Positions 15,521-29,458 are shown, counted from the first letter of the stretch. The stretch is 64,000 bases of DNA from Chrysomallon squamiferum (GCA_012295275.1 CM022671.1:14508001-14572000), one strand, 5' to 3'. Made by a program: numbers and translations. The notes: a model not told the origin generated them from the sequence alone.

Positions 15521-16279
15521 ATTTATATATTTATTTATTTATTTATTTATTTATTATTATTATTTACAAATCATAAATCAGCAAAATTAAATTATTTGAT
15601 TATGAATTTATGAATTTTTAAATTTACTTACTTACTTACATATTCATTTATTCTTTTATTCATATATTTATTTACTTATTTTATTATTACTACTATTTAT
15701 TTATATTATTTATGTTTTTAATTTTTCAGAAAACGCTTTTTATATATTTATGTACAAGACCTAAAAAGGAAATGTAGATTTTTTTGCGTACACATTTTAC
15801 ATTTCCAAATATTTCAAGATTGCTTTTGATGGCTAATTTATTTTTATTTATAATTAAATTTTATTAATTAGTTTCTCTTATGTTCTTCCTACTAAATTTA
15901 ATTTCCATTACATCTTTACAATTTTAAAGGAACCAAAACAAAAATAACAAATAAATCTTTAAAAAGCCTTTTTTTTTCATAATATTTAATTTTATTATAT
16001 ATAATTTGCTGACTTATTTGTATTATATTTTATTTTCATTTTTTCTGTTTATTAAAATGTTAATATAATTTTTTTCGTTGTATATTTTGTTATTATTTTT
16101 GCTATGTTTTGTTTTGTATTCATCGTATTAAGCGAATAAAAAATATTGATACATACATGAGTGATTTCAACTTTTTGTAATACTTCATTGATTTACGTAC
16201 ATAATTTATGTCTTACATACACCGTATGTAATATATAATTCGAAAAATCATACAAACATACATACATACAGATATGAAT

Positions 16280-16324
<45 letters not shown>

Positions 16325-16339
16325 AATATTATTAAAGTG

Positions 16340-16945
16340 ATCTCTATTTGTTGACATCACAGACGTTGTTGGCGGTTTTCGACATGCCATTTTGCGGTGC
16401 ATCTTATGTAAATAAATAAACAATTGACGAAGGTGTATCAGATTTCAGATTAAACACGAGTAACTCATTACAGGTGCTAAGTATCGTGCCAGAGCCGATT
16501 TGATGGTCAACAATGGCTGTCACATTTCACATAGCGCGCGATGATTAATCACCTGCTATGAGAGCGCATGGACTTCGGCTGTGCCTCTCTGTTGCTGCTG
16601 CACACGGTACGGTGCCTGGAATCCCTACTAACTTACTAAGTAACTACTAAGTTCTTACGAAAATGTTTGAAAAGCTCATCATCATAGCCGAAATAGTGGG
16701 CACAAAAAAGAAAGGCACGGTCTAGCGCGTGCACTTTCCCACCATTATGCAAATCACCGCCGCTTTCTGTCGCTCAGTCTCCCGCGGAGCTGCCAAAACT
16801 TTCGACCAATCGGCGGCGAGGATCGGCGTTCGGGAAGAGGTACAAGAGTTCTTGACGCTCATTTGTCGACCGTGTAGCTGTTTTATTGCCTCAAGTCGAG
16901 CCAGGATGGGGACAGCGCGTGAAAACAAGTTCATCAGGTGACCAA
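16340..16945 (+). promoter_or_regulatory. CpG-rich putative promoter/5' UTR of Tbx1
   Basis: CpG-rich block directly upstream of the ATG. It contains an NF-Y-type GACCAATCG (CCAAT at 16806-16810), an octamer ATGCAAAT at 16747-16754, a YY1-type GCCATTTT at 16386-16393 and a T-box-like AGGTGCTAA at about 16472. The TSS cannot be determined. Confidence 0.6.
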
Positions 16946-17162
16946 ATGATTGAGTCAGAAACTCTTCTCTTCATGGATGTGCAAAACCCGCTGTCTCCCA
17001 GAGCCAACGCCTTCAGCATCGCATCGTTAATGTCCGGGCCGGGAATAGAAACCATATTTGGAGGGCTGGGAATACCCCCTCTTGTCCCCCCACAGAGGAG
17101 TACAGACTGTTTCTTTGACTGGAACCAGGGTGCAGGTTACCCCACGATGAAGTCCATGGACG
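16946..17162 (+). CDS. Tbx1: Tbx1/10 coding exon 1 (MIESETLLFMDVQNPLSPRANAFSIASLMS...MKSMD), contains an eh1-like motif
   Basis: ATG at 16946 (alternative in-frame ATG at 16973). Donor G|GTAATT, phase 1, joins exon 2 in frame. Confidence 0.8.
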
Positions 17163-17179
17163 GTAATTTGATTTTTATC

Positions 17180-17600
17180 TTTTAAAATTAATTATTTTAT
17201 AAGTTAGTTATATACTGAAATATATTTTCAAAAATATCTTTCTGAATTGATTATTTATTGTGTGTTTTTCACGCTTATATAGTTCTCTCTTAAATTAATT
17301 ATTTTATAAGTCAGTTATAATAATATTTTTGTTATTTTATTTTTAATACCTTTCTCGACTTTTTTTTTTCACGCAAGTAAATATTTGTTTTAAATTAAAT
17401 ATATCACAAGTTAGTTATAATAAGCTTATATCTTCTAAATATTTTTTCTGAATTTATTATTTATTCTTTTTTCATCTTGTTAATTTTTATTTTAAATTAA
17501 TTAATTTATAAACTGGATATAACCAAAAATATATATTTTTTATATGTTTCTGAATTGATTATTTTCTTTTGTATTTTTCTACACTGTTAGTTGTTATGCA
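17180..17600. repeat. Degenerate tandem repeat of about 100 bp, 4 copies, at the start of Tbx1 intron 1
   Basis: ttaaattaattattttataag.....ttata ... tttctgaatt recurs at about 17182, 17290, 17390 and 17490. Confidence 0.6.
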
Positions 17601-18022
17601 GAAGTTAAATAATTTAAATCAAAATGTTCTATACCTTTCTTATCAATATGAATATATACATTTTATTTTATTTTATTTTTTAATGTTCAGTATGCGCATA
17701 TAAATTTCGTTCGTATATGATACATAATTTTGTACATAAATACTACTACTCCTACTACAACTAATATTATTATTATTATAAAATAAATATATTTTAAGTC
17801 TTTTTTGCTTTCACTGACAAGAATCGTATATATACATATATATATTTGAATTGTTTCAGTTTTACTGTTTAACATTTCTAAATGTAGGTTCAAACGCTAT
17901 GAAAAGTTTTAAAAATAATTTTTATCTAATAATTGCAATGGACCAATAGAAAGAAAACTTATTTTTCCAGTTTAAATATATGGGGCGTTTTGGCACTTAA
18001 ACTGATATAATTTTGTAATGTA

Positions 18023-18096
<74 letters not shown>

Positions 18097-18405
18097 GTAA
18101 TTAGACCACTCCGAACTGGAATATTTTTGTTTATAATAAATTTAATGAAAATTAATCTTTACATTAAATTAACACAGTTTTAATAATTTTTAGTTTCCTA
18201 TACCTTTCTAAGAATAATATTATTTGGTAAATATATATATATATATATATTTTTGTATAATATATCCATACAAATCATGTACTTTAAGAATTAATGATAT
18301 ATTTATTTTATATCAAAGATTACAATTATGTCAAAAAATACGGAATCACGACTATTATTATTCAAGATATAATTAAAATGAATCTTTATATTATTATTAT
18401 TATTA

Positions 18406-18450
<45 letters not shown>

Positions 18451-18530
18451 TGTTATTTTTATTCTGTTTACAATACAAAAGATACATCATAATAAAGACT
18501 GGACAACATCCGTCCATATATATAAAATGT

Positions 18531-18651
<121 letters not shown>

Positions 18652-18690
18652 ATATAATTATCATTCACTGTTTCACTTGACTACTTCCAG

Positions 18691-18988
18691 CCTGCCTCAT
18701 GAATTCGTCCACGTCTGGAAGATCCTTCTTCGAGTCGAACCGCTTCGACTCTGTGCAGGACAGCACGTGCAGGAACAGTGTGGACCAGGATACGCTGTCC
18801 AAGGACCAGGATAACTCGAGCTCGGCAGACTGTGATAAATCAGCGAGCCCCAGCAGCCTGAAATCGGACTCCCCACAGAAACAGCTCCACCCCAAGCTAG
18901 TCAGTGTGTCGGCCCAGCTGGAGATGAAGTCCCTGTGGGACGAGTTTGATGAGCTGGGGACAGAGATGATCGTAACCAAGGCGGGCAG
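18691..18988 (+). CDS. Tbx1: Tbx1/10 coding exon 2 (Ser-rich linker and start of the T-box: [32 protein letters not shown])
   Basis: Acceptor ctacttccag|, donor AG|GTCAGC, phase 2. LEMKxLWDEF and [11 protein letters not shown] are Tbx1/10-type residues. Confidence 0.95.
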
Positions 18989-19089
18989 GTCAGCTTCTTT
19001 GTTAATTATTTGTTTTACTAATTGTCACTCGCTTCTGTACAACACGCTGAGGGCATGGAAAACATTGCGTAACAGATTAAAATAAATAA

Positions 19090-19660
19090 ATGTGTTACAC
19101 ATACAGTGTGCAATACAGATACGATTAAGTGTGTAATACAAGTAGGTATCAGTAAAATATGTAACACGTTAGGTGTACGAATACATATGTGTTGGTTAAG
19201 TGTAAAGTAGATATCGGTAATAAAAATAAAGTGTAAGAATCAGTAAATAGATTATACAACTTTAAAAATAGGTATCAGAAATAACATAACACATTCTGTT
19301 GAAGAATCAATAATATAGAGTGTAAATTAGATATCAGTCGGATATATAACTCGCTGAATGCTGTAAAACATTGCAGAGTAGGTATTAATAAATACAAGTA
19401 CATAACGCAATGTGAAATAAAGCACACATTGTAAAGTAGGCATCAGAAAGCCTACTGCACAGTTTGTAGAATTCACATCTATAAGGATATAAAACTCTGT
19501 AAAGTTTCAACTCATTTTAGAGTTTAATATGTTGTAAAGTGGGTATCAAAAGCATACAACACGTTGTAGAATAGATATACATATATTACACAATGTGAAG
19601 TAGTTGTCAGAAATATATTATACATTATTAATTAGGAATCAATAAGTATATATCATTTTA
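19090..19660. repeat. Old degenerate minisatellite (30-35 bp unit, acattgtagagtaggtatcaataaatatattac-like), with a related block at about 22865-23440
   Basis: Recurrent tgta..gtag.tatca motifs at near-regular spacing in both blocks. Confidence 0.55.
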
Positions 19661-20119
19661 TAAAGTTTAGGTTTTGTCTTGGGCAGATATTCCTGCGTAA
19701 TATTTTTTAAACATTGTCCAAATCCATACGTTAATAGCTAAAAGTATTTTTAAAGTAAATAAAGAAAGAAAATAAATACTCTTCAGTATCGCTTTCGGTT
19801 TTGTTGAGAATCAGATACAGCTAAAACGAACCAGAAATACTGAACTGTACAGAGTTTTTGTTGGTAACACCGAGAAGTGAAATGCAGGGTCAAAGGAAAA
19901 TTATCAACAAGTGAATAAAAAATTAAAATAATATTCATAAATTAATATTCACAGATTATTTTAATATGAATTTAATCTAAGCGTTTTAAAATATTTTGCC
20001 TTGACTTATTTTAATTTTAATTTCACATATTAAAAAATTACAACATACATTATCAAACATTTTTTTCATACACGTATTGTAAATGTATGTATATACACTC
20101 ATACACAGATATATACAAG

Positions 20120-20222
<103 letters not shown>

Positions 20223-20985
20223 ACAAATATTAAGCGTAAACTTTATGATAACTTCAAAAGAGTATACTTATTTGTTTTCTAAATATAATTAAAATGTACA
20301 GGTCATTTGTTTTATTCTGTACTGAATACAGTTAGACTGAGAAAAAATTACACTATACAAAATTACACTATACAAAATCAACACTTTAGACATTTTTTAG
20401 CTTTTAAAAAGTTTTTAAAGTTCTCTGAATTAAAAAGATGACATATTTATAAAACTTTATACAGGACTGCTGTGGATTTTTTTTATTTTAATTTTTTTTT
20501 TTTTAGTCTGTTAATATTTCTCAGTGAGTGAAAAACAATAACTAAAGTCAGTTGCTAAACAGCACATCATTAACTAAACTTTGGTCAGCAGTCGATTGTT
20601 TTTATTCATTCATTCATTCATTCATTCATTACTCGTTCAATTATTAAAACAGTGATTAATGAAGAAATTATTTATAATTTAAGTAAGTAAATTCTTATTT
20701 ATTTTTAACAATATCATTTAACGAGAAACAGTATGTACCGCAGAAGATATTTATTTTTGTTTTATTTTCAAATATCTATTTAAAATGATATTGTACTTCT
20801 ACAGTTTATTTTAAATTTAATACTTAAATACATGATTTTTATATACAGTTAAAATGTTATGTTTAGTTTTTAGGAGAATATTACTAATAATATAGGATGT
20901 GTATAACAAACCATCTGTATGAAATATATATTACATGCAGGAATATATCAGTATATTTTTATAGATAACAGATTTCATATAATAT

Positions 20986-21035
<50 letters not shown>

Positions 21036-21505
21036 ATTTTGCTGAATTAAAAATACCCATTAATAAACTTACAAGTTATATTTATAAATGCCATTACTTG
21101 TTAAATGATTCATATTTTCTGTAAGTATGCTTTATTAAATTTTTAAACTTTAAAATATTTGTGATGACGTAATTCAGCAGTTTATTCTGAACGAAAGAGT
21201 AACCTTAGTAATAAACTTACTTAAATGTTACATTTATAAAACTAATTTTTATCAGGTAAGTACAGTTTACTTTAAGTATGACATTAAATCTATAAAGTTT
21301 TTTTAATGTCTGTAACGGCATAATTCAGCAGTGTTTATTTACTTTTATTTATATAAAGAAAAACGACGTACAGTCTACATTTTAGTAAAAAAAAGTTTTT
21401 GAAATTTGTTTCTTAAATTGAAGAAATTATCATTAATAATATATCTGTAGAATACAAATCATCAATATTTGTATCGTTAAAGAATACACATTTAATTTTA
21501 AAAAA

Positions 21506-21780
21506 GAGTATATACAGTTTTAAAATTATTTACACTAGTACATTACTAATTAGAGTATACAGTTTTAAAATTATTTACACTAGTACATTACTAATTAGAG
21601 TATATACAGTTTTAAAATTATTTACTAGTATATTACTAATTAGAGTATATACAGTTTTAAAATTATTTACTAGTATATTACTAATTAGAGTATATACAGT
21701 TTTAAAATTATTTACACTAGTACATTACTAATTAGAGTATATACAGTTTTAAAATTATTTACACTAGTACATTACTAATT
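21506..21780. repeat. Minisatellite, 45-47 bp unit (agagtatatacagttttaaaattatttacactagtacattactaatt), 6 copies
   Basis: Near-identical units seen directly. Confidence 0.95.
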
Positions 21781-22105
21781 TTTATAACGCAGACAAAAGT
21801 ATATTCGATCTTTTCGATATATTATTAAGATATAGGCATTTTAATAATTTTTAAAACATGTTTTTTTAAAGTATTTAAACATTTTCTTGTTTTATTTTGA
21901 TAAATATGTTTATTAATTAACTGAAGTAAAATAATTGTGTTTAAAATTAGGAATTAGGATAATAATTCATTTTATTGATAAGATTGGAAAGAGAAAACGT
22001 TAATTTCACAGAAACTAATTAATTATAGCAAAAATAAATACTCAAGTAAATATTAGTTGTATACTTAAAACGTATCATTGGCATACTTGTATGTATGTGT
22101 GTGTG

Positions 22106-22136
<31 letters not shown>

Positions 22137-22700
22137 ACATCTTTGTTTTCGTTATTCATAAATAATGTTATATGAAATTCCCCAGTTTTGTATGTGTGTG
22201 TATGTATGTATATATATATATATATATATATTGTGTGCATGTATGCATATGTCTGTATACATCTATATAAGTGGTGTGTGTATGTTGTGTGTGATGTATG
22301 GTGTATATACACCTTCATACATACCCAAATGCATATGTAGCTATTAATTTTGCGCCAAAAGTCTAATTTAAACATAAAATAAAGTAAAAAATGTAATTTT
22401 CTAGAAAGAACATGAAAGAACTGCTACGTGACTGAGAGATGCAGTCAGTCAGTGGGCGATTTTCTATTTATTTTTTATTTTATTTCTTCTTTATTTTTTC
22501 TTTAGTGTTATCTCTTTTCTCTTCTTCTTTGTAATGAAACTCATTTCATCTTGAAAGTTATATCTCATTCCAGTCCCCATTTATCTCAGTTCCTCAGTCT
22601 GCTTTTAACAGTGTATTAAAAAGGTAAAACTATTTTATTCAAGAAATAAACTATGAGATTCTTCATTTGAACAAAAATAGAATTTTTTTTATTTCAGTTT

Positions 22701-22743
<43 letters not shown>

Positions 22744-23529
22744 AGACAAACAAGAAAATCTAACAAACAAATGAAGGGGTTTTAACCTTTACACAAACAT
22801 CAATAACTGTTAACAATTTATGTATGTTTTACACGTATGAATACATAGCAAGTTTTGGATTTTGTACATTGTATAATCTGTATAACACATTGTAGAGTAG
22901 GTATAACACATTTAGATATATCAGTAAATATGTAAGAGGGGAGAGATACAAACAATATATAAAAGAAGTAACATTACATATTGCAGAGTAGGTGTCAAAT
23001 ATATATTATACACTGAAGGATAGATATAAATAAATATATTAAACATTGTATAAGTAGATATAATTGTATATTACACATTGTACAGTAGATATAAATATAT
23101 ACATTACTCATTGTAATGTAGATATCAATAAATATATTCCACTGTAGAGGAGATACAAATAAATATATTACATTTAGTGCATAAAAAGAAGATAAAAAGA
23201 TATAAATTAATATGAAACGTCAAACAGTCTTTTTCTTATTTTTGTAAATTTTATTTTATTAATGTTACTTTTTTTCTTTCTTTTTTTTTCTTACCTTGTT
23301 GATATCAATAAATTATATTATTTAACAGATTGTATAAATAAATATATTAACACTGTAGAATAGATACAAATAAATACATTACACCTTATAGAGTAGGTAT
23401 CAATAAATATTTAACATATTGTAGAGCAGATATAAATAAATGATTGAAGACATTAAAGTTACAAGTTATAGTAAGAAACATTTATTAAATTAAATATTAC
23501 AATATAGGCTACATATGAAGACATTAAAT

Positions 23530-24390
23530 TTAATGACACATCAAGTCACATATTAACCTTTCAAACAATCTTACAAATTTAACGTATTACAAAACGCGTA
23601 TATTAAATTTAGCTTGCAACTACGGTATTATAACACATCTTTAACAATGTTACAAGTTTAACTATTACAAAACTTATTTATTTTGTAAAATTAATATTTA
23701 ACAAAAACAGTTACAAATACATATCAAGTCACATAATAATTATTTTAAACAGTGATATATTTAACAAGTTCAACGCATTACAGCAGATATATCAAGTCTG
23801 AATTAAATTTAGCTTGCAACTACAGTATTGTAACACATCTTTAACAATGTTACAAGTTTAACGTATTACAACAGACATATCAAGTCAGAATTAAATTTAT
23901 TTTGTAAATACAAGTATTACGACACTCATATTTAACAATGTTACAAGTTGTAACGTATTACAACAGACATATCAAGTCAGAATTAAATTTATTTTGTAAA
24001 TACAAGTATTACAACGCATATTTTAAACAGTGTTACAACAGACATATCAAGTCAGAATTAAATTTATTTTGTAAATACAAGTATTATAACACATATTTAA
24101 CAATGTTACAAGTTTAACGTATTACAACAGACATCAAGTCGAAATTATATTTATTTCGTAAATATAATATTAGAACACACATATTTAACAATGTTACAAG
24201 TTTTAACGTATTACAACAGACATCAAGTCGAAATTATATTTATTTCGTAAATATGATATTTCAACACTCATATTTAACAATGTTACAAGTTTGAACGTAT
24301 TACAACAGACATCAAGTCTAAATTATATTTATTTCGTAAATATGATATTTCAACACTCATATTTAACAATGTTACAAGTTTTAACGTACG
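23530..24390. repeat. Satellite, 88-91 bp unit (ttaacaatgttacaagtttaacgtattacaacagacatatcaagtc...), about 9-10 copies
   Basis: Unit starts at about 23841, 23932, 24097, 24185, 24274 and 24363, with more diverged copies on the left. Confidence 0.9.
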
Positions 24391-25913
24391 CACACTTTAA
24401 CGTTGGGACTGGCAGAACGTGTAGAAATAGACACATGCTCTGTTCATTATCAGCTCGTGTTTATTTGTTCCACGAAGAAAAAAAAACATTTCTGCTCGAC
24501 CAGTTTGACATGTTTGGGCGCCCGAGCATTTTTCTAATGAAATATGTTATGAGCGTGTTTCAGATATGTTAATTTTATAAACAATCCACGTGAAAATATC
24601 AAAACAATACTCGGCGTGTCGGTGTACGCATTTTTCACTTGTTTTTTTGTCACAGAGTAAGAAAACAAAGTAAACAACACTTTTTAAAAATTATCACCGA
24701 TGTTCGAGACAAAACAGAACAGTCGTCTGCGATTGAAACAAGAAGGAAAAGAAAAGAAAAGAAAGAAAGAAAAAAAGATCAAAGAAAGAAAGAAACGAAA
24801 TTATATCAATGTGCACATTTTTTTTTTTTTAATTAATTATTTTAATTGGATATCGAGTTTGGGAATATTATTTCATTTAATATACAAAGTAAATGAACAT
24901 TTTCTTTTATCGACATAAAAGGAACAAAATTTCTGAATATGGTAGACATTCATTCACTCGTTTCAGATTATTCAGCTGATCTTCTGCTGAAAGCTTACTC
25001 TTCTGTTGATCAAATACCATTACTGCTGCTACTCCTATAATAATAATAATAATAATAATATAATAATAATAATAATAATAGCAACAGAAGCGATGAAAAC
25101 AACAGTAATAATAAAACGTTACTAAATGAACATCAAAAATTATAATTATTTTTAAACGATCTTGGAATGTATAAAACAAATAACTTAACAACAACAAAAG
25201 CACATATAACATACATACACACACACACAAAAATATACGCACACACACAAAAACACGCGCACACACACACACATAATTATTTATAAAAGATGGAGGAAAC
25301 CGCTGCGTGTGTTTGTGTTCGCGGGTCGCAGTGGGCGATAATTGTTGTTGATTTCAGACTCGATCTCTTCAAAAACGATTACGGAAAATAACGACGCGGA
25401 ACGATTTCCTAGACACGTGTGAAAGCGGCATTATCACTGGAGGAAGCCGGGAAAAAACCACACGAACGTTCAGACGTCGTATTTGTCTTTCTCACAAACC
25501 AAATACAAGTTGCTACATAATGCATGATAGGGACGTGCATGCGTGTTTGTTTAGCTCGGCTAATCGTGAATTGCTTGGGGCAGACACCCAGTTTGGCTCC
25601 AGATACCTATTTTTTATTACCTCTTGTGTTTTCTTTACAAACAGTGGATGTAAGTTAGTGTGAGCGATAGCGTACGAGCAGTAAATATGACGAAAGAAAA
25701 TCGTATTTCTGGAGGTCAGCATTTTGAAAAAAAAAAGAAAAGAAATACAATATATATATATATATTCATTATATTCATATATGTATACATATATATATAT
25801 ACACAGACACTTGTAAATACACAAATATAACAGGCACATAAACTTTAAGTATGTCCCTCTTCGTATATTTTTTTTTCGTTTTCTTCTTCTTTCTCTGTTA
25901 ATATGCATTTGTA

Positions 25914-25969
<56 letters not shown>

Positions 25970-26437
25970 CCACTATTTTGCACGTGAGACCTCGGTTTCA
26001 AACACCCATTCGAAACAGGAAAGCTATCACTGGCTATTTTCGGTTTCGCCTAGCACGTCAGTACAGACAGGTTGTACACTTGTGTGATGTAAATATTTAC
26101 ACTGTGAAATTGCTTCTTGCTCGCTCGTAGATTATCACCACCTGATATCTGTAATTAGCGAAGTGAAAGTAGAGATTTACGCAACCGTCACTAAACGTGG
26201 ATACAAATAATGTCTGGATCTTACTTTATATGTGTCTGTCCTCCGCTGCCCCTTCCTAAAACATTCTGCTTAGCCCTAGATTATTTTTTTTGCTGAATAA
26301 TAGTTTTTCTGCGTGTTGTATAACGTGTAACTGTAAAGTATGTGATAGCTGAAACTGAGAAAAGAAACCTTCTATAACTGTTGCTAGTATTTAAAATAAC
26401 AAAACTGTAATTGTTTTTGTTGTTTATTTATTTATTT

Positions 26438-26542
26438 ATTTATTTATTAATGTATTTATTTTAAATATATATTTTACTATTTATAAAATTAATTTACAAA
26501 TAGTAAAATATATATTTAAAATAAATACATTAATAAATAAAT
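26438..26542. repeat. Perfect inverted repeat with 45-bp arms and a 15-nt loop
   Basis: 26438-26482 is the exact reverse complement of 26498-26542. Confidence 0.9.
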
Positions 26543-27482
26543 TAATTTATTTTATTTCATTGTAAACTAATTATATAAATAGTAAAATCGGTCAGTCCTC
26601 TATTTGAAATCAGAATGAGACGTCAATACAATTCAGCATTTCACTCGTTAAGAAGAATTCTTAATCGTCTCCATGTCACATGATCCCGAGCGCTGCAGTG
26701 TAAAGATTGCACGTGCAGTAATTCATTATTGATGCTCGCTGGTGATAGCGAGGTTTGCCGCTGACCTACACGATAGCGCGGTGCGATACAAAGACTAATT
26801 AAGTGATGAGTGTGCGAAGTTATCACGTCCCTTGTCTCTGTTATTCATCATTTAGCCACCTGCATCAGTCTGCACAGGCCATTTCACCTCTTACTTTTAA
26901 TTACTTTCAGAGAAACGACGTCATCGGCTCGGCAGCCTTCGTAGTCCGACTCCGAACTGTGTTATACAATATAATACAATATAATATAATATGATATAAT
27001 ATGATACGATATAATATGATATAATATAATATAATTTAATTTAATATAATACAGTATAATATAATATATAATATATAATTATTGTATTATAATTTAAAAT
27101 TTGTTTTGTAATTACAGTCAGGTTTTTCAGAAGAACAACACATAACAACAAAAAATAAAACATTATTAAATATATAAATAAATAACAAATATATAAACAA
27201 ACAAACAAACAAACAAACAAACAAACAAATAAATTAATTAAAATAAAATAAAATAAATAAAACTGGTATTTTCAGTTTAAAACCGACTTATGGTTTTGAA
27301 TGTTACATATATTTTATTTAGCAATTTAGTTCCATAACAGTAGCTTTAGAACTAAAATATCCTGAACCTGCAAGAAAACTTAAGAAACCTGGAATGCTTT
27401 GCTTTTTTAAAAACATAACTAAAATCATCATTTTAAATACTTCCCATTGCAAGATATATAATTTATACTTTTTCTTTTTCAG

Positions 27483-27756
27483 ACGAATGTTTCCCACTTT
27501 CCAAGTGAGGATGTTTGGTATGGACCCGCTATCTGACTTCATGGTGATGATGGATTTTGTGCCCTGTGATGATAAGCGCTATCGGTACTCATTTCACAGT
27601 TCCAGCTGGGTAGTGGCCGGCAAGGCGGATCCGAACATGCCAGGGCGTATCCACGTTCACCCGGACTCCCCGGGCAAGGGATCTCAGTGGATGAAACAAA
27701 TTGTGTCGTTTGACAAGCTCAAACTCACCAACAACTTGTTAGATGACAACGGACAT
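27483..27756 (+). CDS. Tbx1: Tbx1/10 coding exon 3 (T-box: [50 protein letters not shown]...[12 protein letters not shown])
   Basis: Acceptor tttttcag|, donor CAT|GTGAGT, phase 0. MFPTFQV, FHSSSW and NNLLDDNGH match the Tbx1/10 subfamily. Confidence 0.98.
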
Positions 27757-27937
27757 GTGAGTATATTTTTACTTTTCTTTCTTTTATTAGATCAAATATT
27801 ATAAAAAATCAAGTATCACCAAAAAAAAAAAAAAACCTAAACAAACAAAAAACAACAACAACACATACATTGACACACTGTTCTGATGTATTTATTTACA
27901 TGCATATGATGTGTGTACGCACGTCTTTACACACACA

Positions 27938-27976
<39 letters not shown>

Positions 27977-28201
27977 CTTTGTGAGTACACATACATATAT
28001 ATATATTTGTGAGTAGATATATATATATATAAATAGATATATATGTATATGTATGTATATATGTATGTGTGTGAATGTGTGTGTGTGTATATATGTATGT
28101 ATGTATATGTATGTGTATATGTGCGTGTATGTATGTATGTATGTGTGTATGTATATATATATATATATATATATAAACCACGTACATACATATTTATTTA
28201 A

Positions 28202-28785
28202 TTATTTATATAAAAATATATAGCATGTATATATGAATACAAACCCGTACGTACATACATACATACATACAGATATATAACAATTACTATTTATATAAAA
28301 ATATATAACATGTATATATGAATATAAACCCGTACATACATACATACATACATACGTACATACGTACATACGTACATACATACATACATACATAACAATT
28401 ATTATTTATATAAAAATATATAACATGTATATATGAATACAAACCCGTACATACATACATACATACATACATACATACATACATACATACATACATACAT
28501 ACATACATACATAACAATTATTATTTATATAAAAATATATAACATGTATATATGAATACAAACCCGTACATACATACATACATACATACATACATACATA
28601 CATACGTACATACATACATACATACATAACAATTATTATTTATATAAAAATATATAACATGTATATATGAATACAAACCCGTACGTACATACATACATAA
28701 TACATACACACATACACACATACATACATACATACATACATACGTACACACATACACACATACAGATATAAAACAATTACTATTT
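28202..28785. repeat. Compound tandem repeat: conserved unit of about 60 bp (tatttatataaaaatatataacatgtatatatgaatacaaacccgtac) plus variable (ATAC)n, 5 copies
   Basis: Copies start at about 28202, 28288, 28404, 28522 and 28638. Confidence 0.9.
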
Positions 28786-29405
28786 CTATAGCAACGTGAA
28801 CGGCCGCCTCCGTCGTTTACCAGCGCGGAACACCTGGACGCGCAGTGCACTTGATCAGTTTAAAATATCTTCATCTGCGTGTCATTCAAGATGCGATAAT
28901 ACAAACATTTCTAAATTGACTTGTCAAGACTTGTTACTTTCTGATTGATGGCTTGCTACTGCCATAGATACGGAACTAAGTGCAGTCGTATATACGATCC
29001 GTTCTGTTTCATTTCTCTCTCAGATAGGCCGCTTAGATTTATCTGCTTCACTGTCAAAGCGGTAAAAACGGGGCATAATTCGTTTTGGGGGGAAGAGGGA
29101 ATCGTCGGCAGGTTTTTCCGAAAAACACATAAACGATTTTTTTTTTTTTTTTCTCTTAGATAAGAAAACGTTTTATTGGACATGTCTTTTAGAGTTACAT
29201 AAATCATTTTTAAAATTTTTGTTTCATAACACTGTCTAGAAAAATTTAAAAAAATTTAAATTAAAAAAAAGAAAGAAATGAAAAAACCTTGTTAAAATGA
29301 ATAATAAAATAATAAAATGAAAAACCTTGTTAAAAAATGAATAATAATAATTGTTATAATTATAATTATTATTATTATTATAATAATATTATTGTTATAA
29401 TTATA

Positions 29406-29458
<53 letters not shown>

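Noticed and set aside
16729-16941. ORF beginning MHFPTI, resembling the human TBX1 start MHFSTV
   Set aside because: It starts at GTG, is out of frame with the Tbx1 CDS and stops at 16941. The similarity is only 4 residues. Only its ATG-initiated part is kept, as a uORF.
28202-28785. Repeat-spacer pattern superficially like a CRISPR array
   Set aside because: The spacers are just variable (ATAC)n, the context is a eukaryotic intron, and there are no cas genes.
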